The notes: generated by a model from the letters alone, not told the origin. Counted from the first letter of the whole stretch, positions 38,573-52,200 are shown. The stretch: DNA of 63,883 nucleotides, filler included, from Phoronis australis (GCA_002633005.1; 7 parts of 7 records of this genome joined end to end with filler, not necessarily neighbours in it); one strand, 5' to 3'. A program made the numbers and translations.

Positions 38573-38872
38573 GTTAAAATGTTGTAAACATGAAAGTGTT
38601 TAAAAATCTGTAGCAGTTGAGCATGTTGCTTCTTCTGTAGCAGTTGAGCATGTTGCTGCTTCTTATTAGTTTATTGACTATATCATTGAGAACTCAATTT
38701 GAAACTAATTGTCTAACACAATTAGTAAAGTTGCTAGTCTGTGAAAGTTACTGAATGCCAGTGAGATCTACGAGTATCAGTACTGTCACTGCCAGGTGGC
38801 CACCGAGACTGGTTCAATAGTGGATTCAACACACTGACATGTTATGCAGTGAATGACTAAATCTCGTTATAG

Positions 38873-39076
38873 AGTTGACTTCAATGTGCCACTGAAAGGT
38901 GCTGAAGTGACCAACACTCAACGAATTGTTGGAGCCCTTCCTACGATCAAACACGTGTTGGATAATGGTGCCAAATGTGTGGTGTTGATGAGTCACCTAG
39001 GAAGGCCAGATGGACGACGACAGGACAAGTTCTCCATGGCCCCCGTGGCTCCTGTTGTGCAGAAGTTACTGGGAAG
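38873..39076 (+). CDS. PGK: Phosphoglycerate kinase exon, copy 2
   Basis: Near-identical to copy 1 (KHML vs KHVL), offset 844 bp. Confidence 0.93.
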
Positions 39077-39550
39077 GTACATGATTGTATCTTACTATTA
39101 TTATTATTATTATTGTTATTGTTATATATTATTAATTACTAATTTAGCTATAAACCAAACTTCCTTCACAAAAGTAACTTTGATTTTAATTGGACTACTT
39201 GTCGTTATATGAAATTGGTCTCAAATTGTTGTTAATTAGTCAAATCGGTAGTGATGTCGGGTTTTCAGTTTGATATTGCCCAAAGATGTATTTTTGTAAT
39301 CCTTACTATGCTAATGTATAGCAGGAACTAAATAACAATGTTATTTTAATGTTATCTACTTTAAGTGCAGTTGTATTCATTGACAACTTTTATAAAGTGA
39401 AAGAAAAAGTTCTACAAATAGGTGACCTTTGCCAGCTCACATAGCCCGCTTCATGCAGTGTTATTCCCCAGCACCATGTCATGACGCTTACTGGACACGG
39501 TTCAGTGATTTACGCAGATTCATTTTCGAAACAAAACTTTTCATTCATAT

Positions 39551-41070
39551 TACCGTATTCGCCCTAATAACTGCCCATGCCCCTATAAGCGCCCCCCACG
39601 CGTTTTCAGACTTTGCTAAAATAAGCGTCCAGTCCATGAACGTGTACGTGCGAAAAATGCCTTACCCTATAGTCCTAAAATTCAACAGTAACGTCTTCAA
39701 TTTATCAATAATATCTGACAGTCCTGAAAAAAATCATTGTGTGCAGAATTTATAGACCACGAGCCTCGCCGCTATGTCGGTATTTAGCCGTGACTACTTA
39801 TACTCTTCCAACTTCTGGCCGCCGAGCCCCAAAACGAACACAAAAGTTTTGCTGATCTTGCGAGGAATGTGTCCCAATATGGTCTGGCCTTTCAGAAGTC
39901 ATAGATAAGTGTACTTGTTAACGGGATTTATTGTAGATATTTCCTGCTTTCAACAGGAATCCAAATTTCTTTGTACACTTGAAAACCGCGAGTTGAAGAC
40001 TATTAAAAAAAATCTTACCAGTGTTTAAAGCACGTGGCCAGGAAGCGCGCGCTCCATACATGTACCTGTCATCAAAGACATTAGTCGGGTACTATCCATT
40101 CATGAAACGGGTAGCACAGCATGGGCAAGAAATGAATATTGGCCCTAATTTCCATCAGTTTCTAATACTATAAAAATGTTTGCATTATTTTTATGAGGGA
40201 TTGTTTGATTAATCATAATTGGTGCTTTTAAGCCAAATATCAGACAAAATGACCACTGAAATGAATGCTTACACAACCTTACACTAAAAAATAAACGTCA
40301 GATAGTCACGTACGCATCCAGCCACACGGCAACTAATATGGGCCTCATCGTGAAAAATGTCGAACGTTTTTAGCACAAGACCAGCAAGTGCTGAATGAAA
40401 CACGTTCTGCTTTAGGCCTACTGCTTGTGCTAATACAATTCACATCTAGCTAGTTAGATTGCGTTTACTCTGGCCGAAGACGGTCTCTGCTCTGGCAAAT
40501 GAACTCTGGTGACATGCACGCGCTCCCTTACTCACGAACGCAGACGAAGTTCAAAACAAACGTCATGTGACAGCAACATGTGTGTTCGTCCAAAGATTTT
40601 TCTCATGTTGCCGATCATAGATGGCACGATGTAGCACAGATTTGTACTTAAACCTGCCGTTAATCCTGACTCCATGGGAGCTTAAAAATCTTAGGGACGC
40701 TATTTGGAAAACTTAAGGAGGATTTCAGGTAATTTGTTGAGTCGAAACTGTTTTTTTATTCAGGCATTCAAGTCGCCATATCGATGATTGCGTGGCAGTC
40801 AGTCGACAAGTATTGGCCTTGGGATTTCAGCACAATTTTCTGTAAAATGATGGTAATTTAGTAGCAAAGTTTGATAGCAATGCACCATGATTTTGTAGGA
40901 AGTCTTTCATAGGTTACAGATACGTCACAGAATGTAAACATGATGAATTTTAGCTTCCGATTTCACCCGTTTCGAGGAGACTGGGTTTCAACCGCCTTGG
41001 GTTACAATAAGCGCCCCTCTGAAACGAATTTTTCTAAGCGCCCTGGGTGGTTATTAGGGCGAATACGGTA
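39551..41070. mobile_element. Non-autonomous Tc1/mariner-type element in PGK intron
   Basis: Perfect inverted termini TACCGTATTCGCCCTAATAA / TTATTAGGGCGAATACGGTA including TA duplication; diverged second copy at 48091-48424. Confidence 0.85.
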
Positions 41071-41849
41071 TACTATCATATCAACATTTATCTATATTAT
41101 ACTGCCATATCAACACTGTCTCATTAATACTCCATATTTGATTCATATCGTACTACCATATCAACATTGATTCATATCATACANNNNNNNNNNNNNNNNN
41201 NNNNNNNNNNNNNNNNNNNNNNNNNNNNNNNNNNNNNNNNNNNNNNNNNNNNNNNNNNNNNNNNNNNNNNNNNNNNNNNNNNNNNNNNNNNNNNNNNNNN
41301 NNNNNNNNNNNNNNNNNNNNNNNNNNNNNNNNNNNNNNNNNNNNNNNNNNNNNNNNNNNNNNNNNNNNNNNNNNNNNNNNNNNNNNNNNNNNNNNNNNNN
41401 NNNNNNNNNNNNNNNNNNNNNNNNNNNNNNNNNNNNNNNNNNNNNNNNNNNNNNNNNNNNNNNNNNNNNNNNNNNNNNNNNNNNNNNNNNNNNNNNNNNN
41501 NNNNNNNNNNNNNNNNNNNNNNNNNNNNNNNNNNNNNNNNNNNNNNNNNNNNNNNNNNNNNNNNNNNNNNNNNNNNNNNNNNNNNNNNNNNNNNNNNNNN
41601 NNNNNNNNNNNNNNNNNNNNNNNNNNNNNNNNNNNNNNNNNNNNNNNNNNNNNNNNNNNNNNNNNNNNNNNNNNNNNNNNNNNNNNNNNNNNNNNNNNNN
41701 NNNNNNNNNNNNNNNNNNNNNNNNNNNNNNNNNNNNNNNNNNNNNNNNNNNNNNNNNNNNNNNNNNNNNNNNNNNNNNNNNNNNNNNNNNNNNNNNNNNN
41801 NNNNNNNNNNNNNNNNNNNNNNNNNNNNNNNNNNNNNNNNNNNNNNNNN

Positions 41850-41981
41850 TTTTTTTTTTTTTTTTAGTCCCGATTTTTGTCGCGGAAAGGTTCACATTGA
41901 CCAATTCACGGGCTGGTTATCGGGCATGATTTGGGCCGTAAAAGTTTCCGCGTTTTTTGTCATTGGTCATTCCAAGCCCTG
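41850..41981 (-). mobile_element. hAT-like MITE end (CAGGGCTT family)
   Basis: Reverse-complement match to 62233-62370. Confidence 0.7.
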
Positions 41982-42774
41982 ATAAACCATCACACAATTT
42001 GGATGTAGGTGTGGACGGTGAGGGACAGAAGGTGGATGGAAGGGATGGTGTGTGTTGTACAGATATAAACCATCACACAGTTTGGATGTAGGTGTGAAAA
42101 AGAGAGGGGAGGGAAAATAGTATGCTTAGTAGAGATAGGAACAATAGGCCACACAGATGGCAGGAGTCTGTACCAAGTAGTCACCTACACAATAGTATGC
42201 TAATTAGAGATATGAAGAATGGGCCACACAGAATGCAGGAGTTAACCTCTGTACCAAGTAGTCACCTACACAATAGTATGGAAGCTGTTCATTAGCAAGG
42301 CTGAGTTTAAAGTCAAAAGTGAAGTTCTGTTCAAAGCAGAAAACAACTCATTATAATTGCAAGTTATTGTTTTGCACTAAATTGATGGAACTTTTTCATT
42401 CTGCGTGGAGGTCTGCTAAGCATTTGTGCTGACTGCCTCTTGGAATTTTCTTAGTTGTTATGATTGGCCATCAATACACACCCTTAAACTAGGTAGGAAT
42501 TAGAATTTCATTCCTCTATATAATTATTTATTGCAAACTAATCAGTATTTATTTGTAAAGTAAAAGATGTCAGAAATTTGGCGATAAGTTTGGTGAACCT
42601 TTGCTTGACTAGTTACCTTGTAAATATCATTTAAAAGTGGCCAAACTCTCAATGCTTAAATTTCAGTTATAAATTCTTTTTTGTTTATTTGTCTTACATA
42701 TTGTCTCACCACGTTTTTTAGCTATTGCATGCTAGCCTCACTTAAACAGGTCTGACCTTTTGAGTACATTTCAG

Positions 42775-42878
42775 ATCAAGGCTAGTCAGGCAGATGTCGA
42801 CAAGTTCCGTGCCTCACTTACCAAGCTGGGTGATGTTTACATCAACGATGCGTTTGGTACTGCCCACAGGGCACACAG
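42775..42878 (+). CDS. PGK: PGK exon ([34 protein letters not shown])
   Basis: Conserved [11 protein letters not shown]; cag| and |gtgaaa. The preceding exon probably lies in gap 41184-41849. Confidence 0.96.
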
Positions 42879-43319
42879 GTGAAAACAATTTGCCGTTCTC
42901 TTGGCAACAGGATCCTTTCAAATTCAAAATGTTCCTAACTTATTTTCGAGGTGTATTGCTTGAATATTGTGGCTCCATCAACAGACTTATGTTGTACATT
43001 TTGTGGTGTACATACAGGGTGTCACCAAAATGTGCTTGCACTTCAGTACAAAACTGGGAGTTCAAGTTAAGTTTCCATGGATCAGAAACTGTGCCCAGGC
43101 TGGAACACCTTGTGAAATTTGGCACGTGACCAGTAACATGCAGTGTATGGATAGCACACTGATAACTCAGTTTTGGGGAATGAAAATTTATTGCACTACT
43201 GAATGTCACCAACTTCCCATCAGCTAGGGAGAGTCACACTACTGAATGTTACCGACTGCCCATCAGCCAGGGGGGTCACACCTACTGAATATGTTCTTAT
43301 TCCTTCACTTACTTCACAG

Positions 43320-43439
43320 CTCCATGGTGGGTGTTCAGCATGATAAGAGAGCCTGTGGCTTTCTCATGAAGAAAGAGTTGCAGTACTTTGCTAAAGCACT
43401 AGAGAGTCCTGACAAGCCGTTCCTTGCTATTCTAGGAGG
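43320..43439 (+). CDS. PGK: PGK exon (SMVGV...[28 protein letters not shown])
   Basis: Strong similarity to PGK; cag| and |gtgagt. Confidence 0.96.
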
Positions 43440-43734
43440 GTGAGTTTAAAAGCACTGCTACAGTCCATCAACATTTCAAGCAACCCTGAAAATTTGTTTT
43501 GACTGAAGCTTGATGCGACAAGTTAAATTATAATGAATTTTAATAAATTGTAATAAATTTTAAACCAAATGGTATAAGTGCTGTTGCTGATGTGGCTGAA
43601 GAGATAAAATGTTTATTATGTTAAAAGATGATAGTGTTGATAACTATACTTTATACCAAAATATTAGCCTCGAATGGCCAATACAACCATGTAATAACCC
43701 ATTAAGTTATCTCACTAGTGAAATAACATTTTGG

Positions 43735-43815
43735 CGGGAACCGAGGCCGGTTTTGAACCCAGGCCGCAAGAGTTTCGGGTCGTCGAGTTTACCACGACCT
43801 CCGACCCCAGGCCTC
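43735..43815 (-). repeat. tRNA-like (Pol III B-box) sequence inside an interspersed repeat
   Basis: Minus strand GGGTTCAAAACC B-box in a GC-rich ~80-nt stretch; no clean cloverleaf. Confidence 0.3.
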
Positions 43816-44648
43816 TGATATTCAAAGTAGTTACAAAGCCGAGGCGAGTCGAGAAAGGTAGATCGATTCATTGCAAGGTTTTTCATTCAGTATGTGGTAT
43901 AAATAGATTATTTCATGTTCTCAGTCATTTATTTTGTAGAATTATCACCCTCGGGGCTAACGCCCCCGGGCGATAATTCTCCAAAATCCACTCGGGCTCT
44001 AGATAACGGGGGATAACGACTTGGCCATGTAATAAATAAATCTATATTTATTTGGTATTTATTTATTGCAAAGTCATCTTTAACACTGTATATGTCACAT
44101 CTTAGCCCGTATACAGTACATTTGGCTTCGGATTTGTCTAATGGAATTTTATAACCAAGCAACATTATGAAACATGTGGATTGTAATGTACTTTGGCTAG
44201 CGTTCACTACCAAGCTGACTGTTTCATTTGGTGTTCATATGCTTTGAAACAGCCACCCGTGTCTTCTATTTGAGTGTTCACATGTTGGCAAATAAACTGG
44301 CTTGTTGGTTTAATGTTTAAAAGCAGTTTTCCTAATCTGACAGAAATGTCAAATCCCACGCAGTTGTGTTCACATGACCATCTCTTTCTATCTAACGTTA
44401 TTGAGTTGTATTAAACATGCAGGACTTTCCCTCATGTGAACACCTGCCTATAATTGCATTTTTATTTGAGGCAACTTTGTATCTTTTTGGTATGACACAA
44501 AAAACAGTTTCGTGCTTATTATTCAGTGGATTAAAGTGGTTCTCTAAATCCGGATTTTGTTTGTAATTCAAAATCGGAATACGATTTCATCAAATTTCGA
44601 GCAATAGCACGTTTTCACACTCACCAATATTACAATGTGTTCATCCAG

Positions 44649-44763
44649 GGCCAAGGTCAAGGACAAGATCCAACTGATTGAGAACATGTTGGACAAAGTG
44701 AATGAGATGATTATTGGTGGAGGGATGGCCTACACTTTCCTCAAAGTATTACATGGCATGTCC
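44649..44763 (+). CDS. PGK: PGK exon ([32 protein letters not shown])
   Basis: GGAKV.DKI and IIGGGMA motifs; ccag| and |gtacgt. Confidence 0.96.
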
Positions 44764-45484
44764 GTACGTGTTTTATCTATACACACCTGTTTGGTCTTTA
44801 AAATTTTCAAGTATGTTGTATAATATGGTAACCTTCAGGTTGTTTACTACCTCGAGCGTATGAATAATTCCCTTCTAGCTGTTTACTACAGAGATACAAT
44901 GCATTAAATGACAATAAGAAAAACAAGTTAGAAATACAACCTTTTGTGGTGATGTGAATAAACATAGGGTGCAAGGTGCAAGAATAGATGTTGGGAGAAA
45001 ATTATCAGTGTGCTGTGACTTAGTACTCAACGGAGTAACTTTTTGTGATCCGGGATTATATATTCCTGTGAGATTGCTGGCCAATCACATGTATCAGCCA
45101 ATCACATGTATCACAAGAGGGTAGATTGAGAGTGACGAGTACAATTTCCGTGACATTGTCAAAATTTGTGTGTCCTTGAACCCTTCAACTGACACCTAGT
45201 TTGCTAGAGATCGTTATTACTAGGGACAAGTGCCACTCCATTATCTTATTTGCATTATTGAAACTCATGTGTGTTGAAGAGATGGTGTCTTGTATTTCTT
45301 ATTACAAAAGATATCATGACAAGTGCTTGATTAATTAATTAACTCAGACTACATTGGACAGTGTAATCTCTGAAAAAACATTTTTGATTGATTCCTGTTG
45401 TACATTTCTAATTGAGATCGGTAGTTCCCTGTTGGACATTTCTAATTCAGATCGGTAGTTCCCTCTTGGACATTTCTTTTTCAG

Positions 45485-45664
45485 ATTGGTAGTTCCCTGT
45501 ATGATGAAGAAGGGGCCCAGATTATCAGCAGACTGATGTCTAAAGCTGAGAAGAACAATGTAAAGATTCACCTGCCCACTGACTTCATTACTGCTGATAA
45601 GTTTGCTGAAGATGCCAAAACTGGCAAGGCTACCGTATCTAGTGGTATTCCAGAGGGCTGGATG
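45485..45664 (+). CDS. PGK: PGK exon ([11 protein letters not shown]...LPTDF...IPEGWM); remainder beyond scaffold end
   Basis: Strong similarity to PGK; tttcag| and |gtaagt. Confidence 0.96.
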
Positions 45665-45729
45665 GTAAGTTTACACTTCTAGAGAAACTGTGTTGTCCTT
45701 CTTTTCTCTGATGCTTAATTGATTTCAAA

Positions 45730-45829
45730 NNNNNNNNNNNNNNNNNNNNNNNNNNNNNNNNNNNNNNNNNNNNTTAATTAATTAANNNNNNNNNNNNNNN
45801 NNNNNNNNNNNNNNNNNNNNNNNNNNNNN
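45730..45829. other. Artificial spacer 3
   Basis: Same construct; PGK is truncated here. Confidence 0.97.
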
Positions 45830-48090
45830 TTTCACGAAAAAGTGTGAGTGGAGTGGCGCGCGTGATCCATGAGAGTGGGCAATTGTATATTGCGACACTT
45901 CATTTGATTTTTTAAGTATTCCTGACAGAATTTGAAATGGGACCAAGTTATCCGACTATTACCTGTGACGTCGCCTGCAGAAACTCCACCAAAATTACAA
46001 GTTTTGGCAATTTAGATCAACCACCTGCTCAAAAACTTTCAAAATTTGTGCATATGTCAACTAAGAACAACACTTGATGATTGTGGGAAACGTTATTCCT
46101 TCACAAATCTTCCAATATTTAGAAAATGACTCCGAACTAATAAGGCTCGGAAGTCGGAAGTAGGACACCACTCACCAGACTGTCGGATAGGTCGAAGTTT
46201 GACGCATCACCGTTGACTTTGACAAATCAACCATTATATAAAATTAATTGTAAATCATCATAACAACGACTTCAGTATATTTCTTCGTTGAATCTGCCCA
46301 AACAAAATTTACTAGTGCAAAATACCTTTTAAAGCCCAACGACAAATCCTTTCCCACAACATCTCTTGTTATGGCGCTAAGCAGATCTTAAAAACTAATA
46401 GACCAATCAACAGGTCAAACTAAATTGATACTGATTTACTAAAGGTGAATGTATAGTCTAAATTGAAGTTTAAGTAAAGTAAAAATTACACTATGATGAA
46501 AAATAACAAGCATGTCATTTATTCGTCCGCCTAGCTGAAGGCAGAAAAGTGCTGTTTCAGTTAAAGCGGCGAAAAATCCCGCCTTCCCGATCACAACGGC
46601 CGGGGGTCGCGGTGACGTGCCGGGAGATCCCAGTGCAGGTCACTGATCAGCTGATCATCTTCTGCTCCGTCTAAATTGACTGCGTCTCATTTCGTAGAGC
46701 ACGTATCAGCAATTCTTACCAGATTAACGAATAAATATTAAGCTATCTGAAAATTGTTTCTATTCTATCCACTCCACCACACTCCGCACTTTTTCAAAGT
46801 CCGGTCATCGTCGACGATTGTTCGCCTGGTCTCAAAGTCTTCGCACGGGCGACTGAAAGACACTCAGACCCATGCTCCAAAACCACACACGAACGGATGG
46901 AAATACTTTTTACCAGCTGCATCAGTTTAATAAACAGTTTGAGAGATATAAACCAAAAGGACAATTTATAACCAAGCTTACCGTTTTCTGGTAAATGCGG
47001 GGATTAGTGAACCAGTGAGGCAACTGAAAACACGAAATACGTAGTTTTAACATATAGGCCTACTCAATGAAAATCGCATTAAACAAAGAATTGCACAACG
47101 TCAGAGGAAAAATTTCAAAACCTATAGATCAAATCAGGACTCAGGAAAGTCCAACTTGAGTGAGAAATGACAGTATACCGCATACAGTGTATGTAGTTCT
47201 AACATCTAAGCATGTATATGAAATAAACAATCCCCGTTTCCCTTCATGGCGAGCAACTAATGGGACATAATTTGAACCAGAGTTTCAGGAACTGAATACA
47301 TTGTAAAATTAACAGAGGTAATTGCAAACAATTAATGGATGCAGAATAACGGTAACTGTATTTCACTTAGTACTAATTATAAGTACAGTGATGTAGAATG
47401 GGTAATGTGTCAAAGTCGTAGCCCAAGTAGGTCACCCAACCAAGTTTGGACGGGTTACCTACTTGGTCTACGACATCAACATGTTCACTACAGAAAAGAG
47501 CAATACTGACATCACATCACTCAGGTTGGATGATGGGCCATAGAAGTTACTCGACAAAAAACAAAACAAGTTGACAGAAATCCTTTGCTGTGCTAACATA
47601 AAAGTAAATCCAAAGTAAACAGTTATTCAATTAAGAGACAACGTAGTAAACAAAGAGATAACAAGACCAATTTGAAAACCATGTCATTCCCGGCACCAAC
47701 ACAGGGTCTGAGCAGTGATTTTTGAGCGATGACAGGCAGACCAATAGACTCAAAACAAACCCAAACAAATGAACAATTATGACAAAATTGCAATGTTGTG
47801 GTAATGCACAAGTTTGATGAAAATGCAGAAGAACTGACTTATATATGACTTTACGTCCGAATAACTGAGGAACTTATTTTTGCCGCGCTTGAATGATCTG
47901 AGTTGTTCACGTTTCATATAGAGTGGACAATAGCGGAGTTGCAACCGAATCGATTTAACGATTGCGCATGTCCGGAAATTAGGGTGCGCAAAGGCTACTG
48001 GTATTGTTGATGGTAAACGGGATGGCCGACTGGTTTGCACGACATGTAATTTGTGTGCATTAAACTACGCTGCTGTATGTAATTTTGCCA

Positions 48091-48424
48091 CTATTCGCCC
48101 TAATTAGCGCCCATGGCTCAACAAGTGCCCCAACGCGTTTTCAGACTTTGCTAAAGTAAGCGCCCAGCCCATGAACTACATGCGAAAAATGCCCTTACCT
48201 ACAGTTCTAACGTCTCCAATTTATCAATTGAAAGATCCGACAGCCTGAATTTGTAACGGACCACGAGCCTCACCGTTATGTCCGTATACACTTCAAACTT
48301 ACGCCGCGATTCAAAAAGAACGCAGAAGTTTTGCTGCTCTTGCGAGGGATGTGCCCCACTACGCGGGTCTGGACTTTGAAAACAGACACAGCGTACTTGT
48401 CAAAGAGCGGGATTGCATTGTTTC
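48091..48424 (+). mobile_element. Diverged partial copy of the 39551-41070 element
   Basis: Shares CGCGTTTTCAGACTTTGCTAAA, GCGAAAAATGCCTTACC and GACCACGAGCCTC blocks in order. Confidence 0.8.
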
Positions 48425-48953
48425 NNNNNNNNNNNNNNNNNNNNNNNNNNNNNNNNNNNNNNNNNNNNNNNNNNNNNNNNNNNNNNNNNNNNNNNNNNNN
48501 NNNNNNNNNNNNNNNNNNNNNNNNNNNNNNNNNNNNNNNNNNNNNNNNNNNNNNNNNNNNNNNNNNNNNNNNNNNNNNNNNNNNNNNNNNNNNNNNNNNN
48601 NNNNNNNNNNNNNNNNNNNNNNNNNNNNNNNNNNNNNNNNNNNNNNNNNNNNNNNNNNNNNNNNNNNNNNNNNNNNNNNNNNNNNNNNNNNNNNNNNNNN
48701 NNNNNNNNNNNNNNNNNNNNNNNNNNNNNNNNNNNNNNNNNNNNNNNNNNNNNNNNNNNNNNNNNNNNNNNNNNNNNNNNNNNNNNNNNNNNNNNNNNNN
48801 NNNNNNNNNNNNNNNNNNNNNNNNNNNNNNNNNNNNNNNNNNNNNNNNNNNNNNNNNNNNNNNNNNNNNNNNNNNNNNNNNNNNNNNNNNNNNNNNNNNN
48901 NNNNNNNNNNNNNNNNNNNNNNNNNNNNNNNNNNNNNNNNNNNNNNNNNNNNN

Positions 48954-49200
48954 AAGGGAGATATTGTTGGGCAGTTTCTAAGATACGTTTTCTTGCCGCC
49001 CTCAAAATGAGCGCTGCACACTTTATGCTACGAAGTCGGAAAGAATTCACGAAGTCGGCCTTTGCTACCAGCTCTACCGATGTCTCTGACCCATGTTTAA
49101 CGCAGTTCTTGATCCTTGGGAAACAGGTAGTAACTAAATTTTTTATTTTGCTAACTGGTATTATAGCATGCCAGGCACACAACACGTATAACCTCCCTGT
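48954..49200 (-). pseudogene. Degenerate THAP-domain coding remnant, probably transposon-derived
   Basis: GYTCCVPG/CYN, FPKDQELR*TWVR, HKVCSAHFEGGKKTY...PTI, with stops and a frameshift. Confidence 0.75.
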
Positions 49201-52200
49201 GGCCGGTTCGCCCCCACGCTTGCCGACGTACTTGTTTACCAGCTTAACCACAATGCAACATTCTGACCCATTTCCAACATGGCGGCGTTGCAACTCCGCT
49301 ATTGAGTGTCCTTCTTTTTCTTCAACAACAAGATTTTAAATGTCGCCTGTAAAGTATCAATCTTTTGTTCTTATTATTCATAAGTTGAGAAAGTGTTTAG
49401 CAGCTGGAATTTTGATCTTTCCTTTCTGTTTACTCCATATTCAGTGAATTTTATTAGTGAAATGAACTTTTTCCCATAGCCAAATTGTTTTCATTTATAG
49501 AAAGCTCTTCAGAATCTTCAGAATTCAGCTTTTTTCAGGGAAATGTAGCTTTTCAGATTTTAGGCGTATTCCCTGCAACAGAATCTAAAATAAAAGAGTA
49601 AGAAACAACCAGATGACCACCTGGGACTACCATTTACAAGGCCAGGGGATACTTTGATTTGTTGTTATAAGAATCAAACAAAAGTGCGATTTTATAGCTG
49701 ATCAAGACTTAGGGAGAGAGTATATAATTCTTTGGGAGTTTGCCACCATTTCCTGTCATCATAGCGTGGACCTCCTTTTGCGTTACTTTTTTGCCATCAT
49801 CTGATCTTCTTTGTGTCTGATAAGATCTCATTGAGAACGAATTAAGTTTCACGAACCGGTAGGCAAACTATATTTACTTTTCGTTGTCTTCAATCCATTA
49901 ACGACAGGAAATAAATCAAATACCAGGATGATTTAGAACAGGCACTAACGAAACACAAATGAATTACTAATTAGTGATTGCACAATCAGTTAATGTTAAG
50001 TAAACTTAATTGAAGAGCATTTATTTATAGGTACCCTGAGTACATGCAAAGCTATTTTCTCTTCTTTTAATGACGGAGCTTTAATGTGTTGGAGGGGTAT
50101 TTTGGTGCTGTCTTGGGACTTAAGTTCCTTATCTATTTTTCCTGAGTTTTATCTCCACTATCACATATGAATCAGTCTCAGTTCCTATCTGAAGTGGTTG
50201 GAGGTCACAACCGCCACACTATCACAACAAATAGAATAAAAAGAGACATGCAGACTACTTTACATGGGATTCTAGGAACTTAAGCAATACACAATTACGG
50301 CCATATTACTCAACTGTGTGTTTGACGTGTTCACGTCAGTGTTGTTAAACAAGCATATGTGGAACGTTTGACTGAAAATGTTTAGCCAAAACATAGTCTG
50401 GGATCGAACACAATGATGATGGTTGCAATGGAACGCCCTGAATTGTCAAATGGATTTAGAGGTTGCACTCTACCATGACAAAAGAATAGATTATAAAATT
50501 GTGACAACAGCGTATTTCTAAGCTGTATGGTCACCTTGGTTAGCTTCAGTCTCATTTTGGGATGCATATAACGTGCACAGTAAGCTTGTTGAAAGTGTTT
50601 CTTTTAATACTTGTACAAAAATGGAGAATTAGTTTACTTTGGTTAAATTCATTTTAGGGACCATTTTTAGTTTACACATTCAAATGAAAAACTATAAATA
50701 ATGAATAAACACGATTGCTTATTTAGGTTAATAATGTCTAAGATTCTCTTGACAACACTTGCCAACTTTATTAAAGTCTGACAACATTATTTTGTGTCTT
50801 GTTCTACTCACAGGTGTTCATTTAAATGCATGACACCAGTGACGTCTGCATAACCAACTTAAACTGTGACATATAATTGCGTAACTGAAACAGTTCTCAG
50901 TATATGATATAGCTGTAAAGCTATTATATCCACTATTACGAAAATATCATGAAGTTCTCGAAAGTGCATGAACTGAAAAGCTCGCAATAAAACACCAAAG
51001 CCTGTAATGAAAATTACTACAAGTTTTGTATTGATACACCATCTTCACATCAACTTATTTTGTAAAATCATAAATATTGGATGTAGAAAAAATTGATGTC
51101 ATCTTATACACTGTTTTTTCGTGTTGTTTTTGTATATTTTAACGAAAAGTCTTAAAATATTTTATAAAAATTAATTTATAGCGTCTACGTGTACAGAATA
51201 CTAGGCTGGGTGTTAAGTTCCAATGTTTACTATTACTACTAGTAGTGATAACAAGGGTTCGGTAAGTTGACACTTTCTATGTTATAAACATAACAGCAGT
51301 CCAAGAGCTGTACTGCTGTAGCTAGAGACCAGGCGAGTTTTTCACGACATAAAGCAGGTACAATGATTTACTGCGAGTCCAATGATTAATTGCTCTCATA
51401 GACTATTCTCTACCAAATATCTTTTTAGAATACTGAGGTATAGGACTGGATCCTGCTTGGAAATCTTTTGTTTTTGTATATTGTAGCGTTTACCTCTTGT
51501 ATGTTTTTTCTTGATGTTTTATTTTGTTTTCCTGCAACTTTTTCCACATAGAATTGTTGCTTTGCCTTATTATTGTTATTGAAATTACGAATATTATGTT
51601 ATTTACAATTATGCCAAGTATGCATTTTTAACTATATTTAACTCAGTTAATCATTCTCAATGTTGTAACTACAGGTGCAAGCAACCTTTGGGTGTCTGCT
51701 TGGTGTTCTGATTATTACTTTTTTCAAGACAATCACTGTATGTGCTTATTTGACGTGGCTATATAAACTATGTATCCGTCTATCTAAGCGAGAGTGATTT
51801 AAAATGGCCTTGGGCAACGAGGAAAAGTGTCTGTCGCTGACTTGACTTGCCAAAGTAGGCCTATGTCTTGAAAAGCAAGAGTACGTCTGGTAAACAAGCT
51901 CAAGGTCACCTTCATAACGTCACACATTTTGATCGCATTTTGGTAACAGCTAGAAACCCGTGATGTGAATTAACAAATCCTGTTTGTATGTTGTGTTTGC
52001 GGTTTGAACGTAAACAAGGACAACTGTACTTCCGACGCTGTACGTGCCGGGCTCATTCGTGACCGGTTTCGTTTGAAAATCGTAAAATGGGACAGATCTG
52101 TGGGATTCTGTGAACAAATGGGGAGAACTCAGAAATTTTTCACAAAAATATTCATAATAAGAAATAAAAGTCATTGGTAATCTGGCTTGCCACAATTTGC

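Noticed and set aside
45331-45342. TTAATTAATTAA within a PGK intron
   Set aside because: Not flanked by Ns, and the PGK exon order continues across it, so it is probably natural AT-rich sequence rather than a linker.
34782-49339. Long ORFs made of X residues (also at 3455-3784)
   Set aside because: Artefacts of reading through N gaps.
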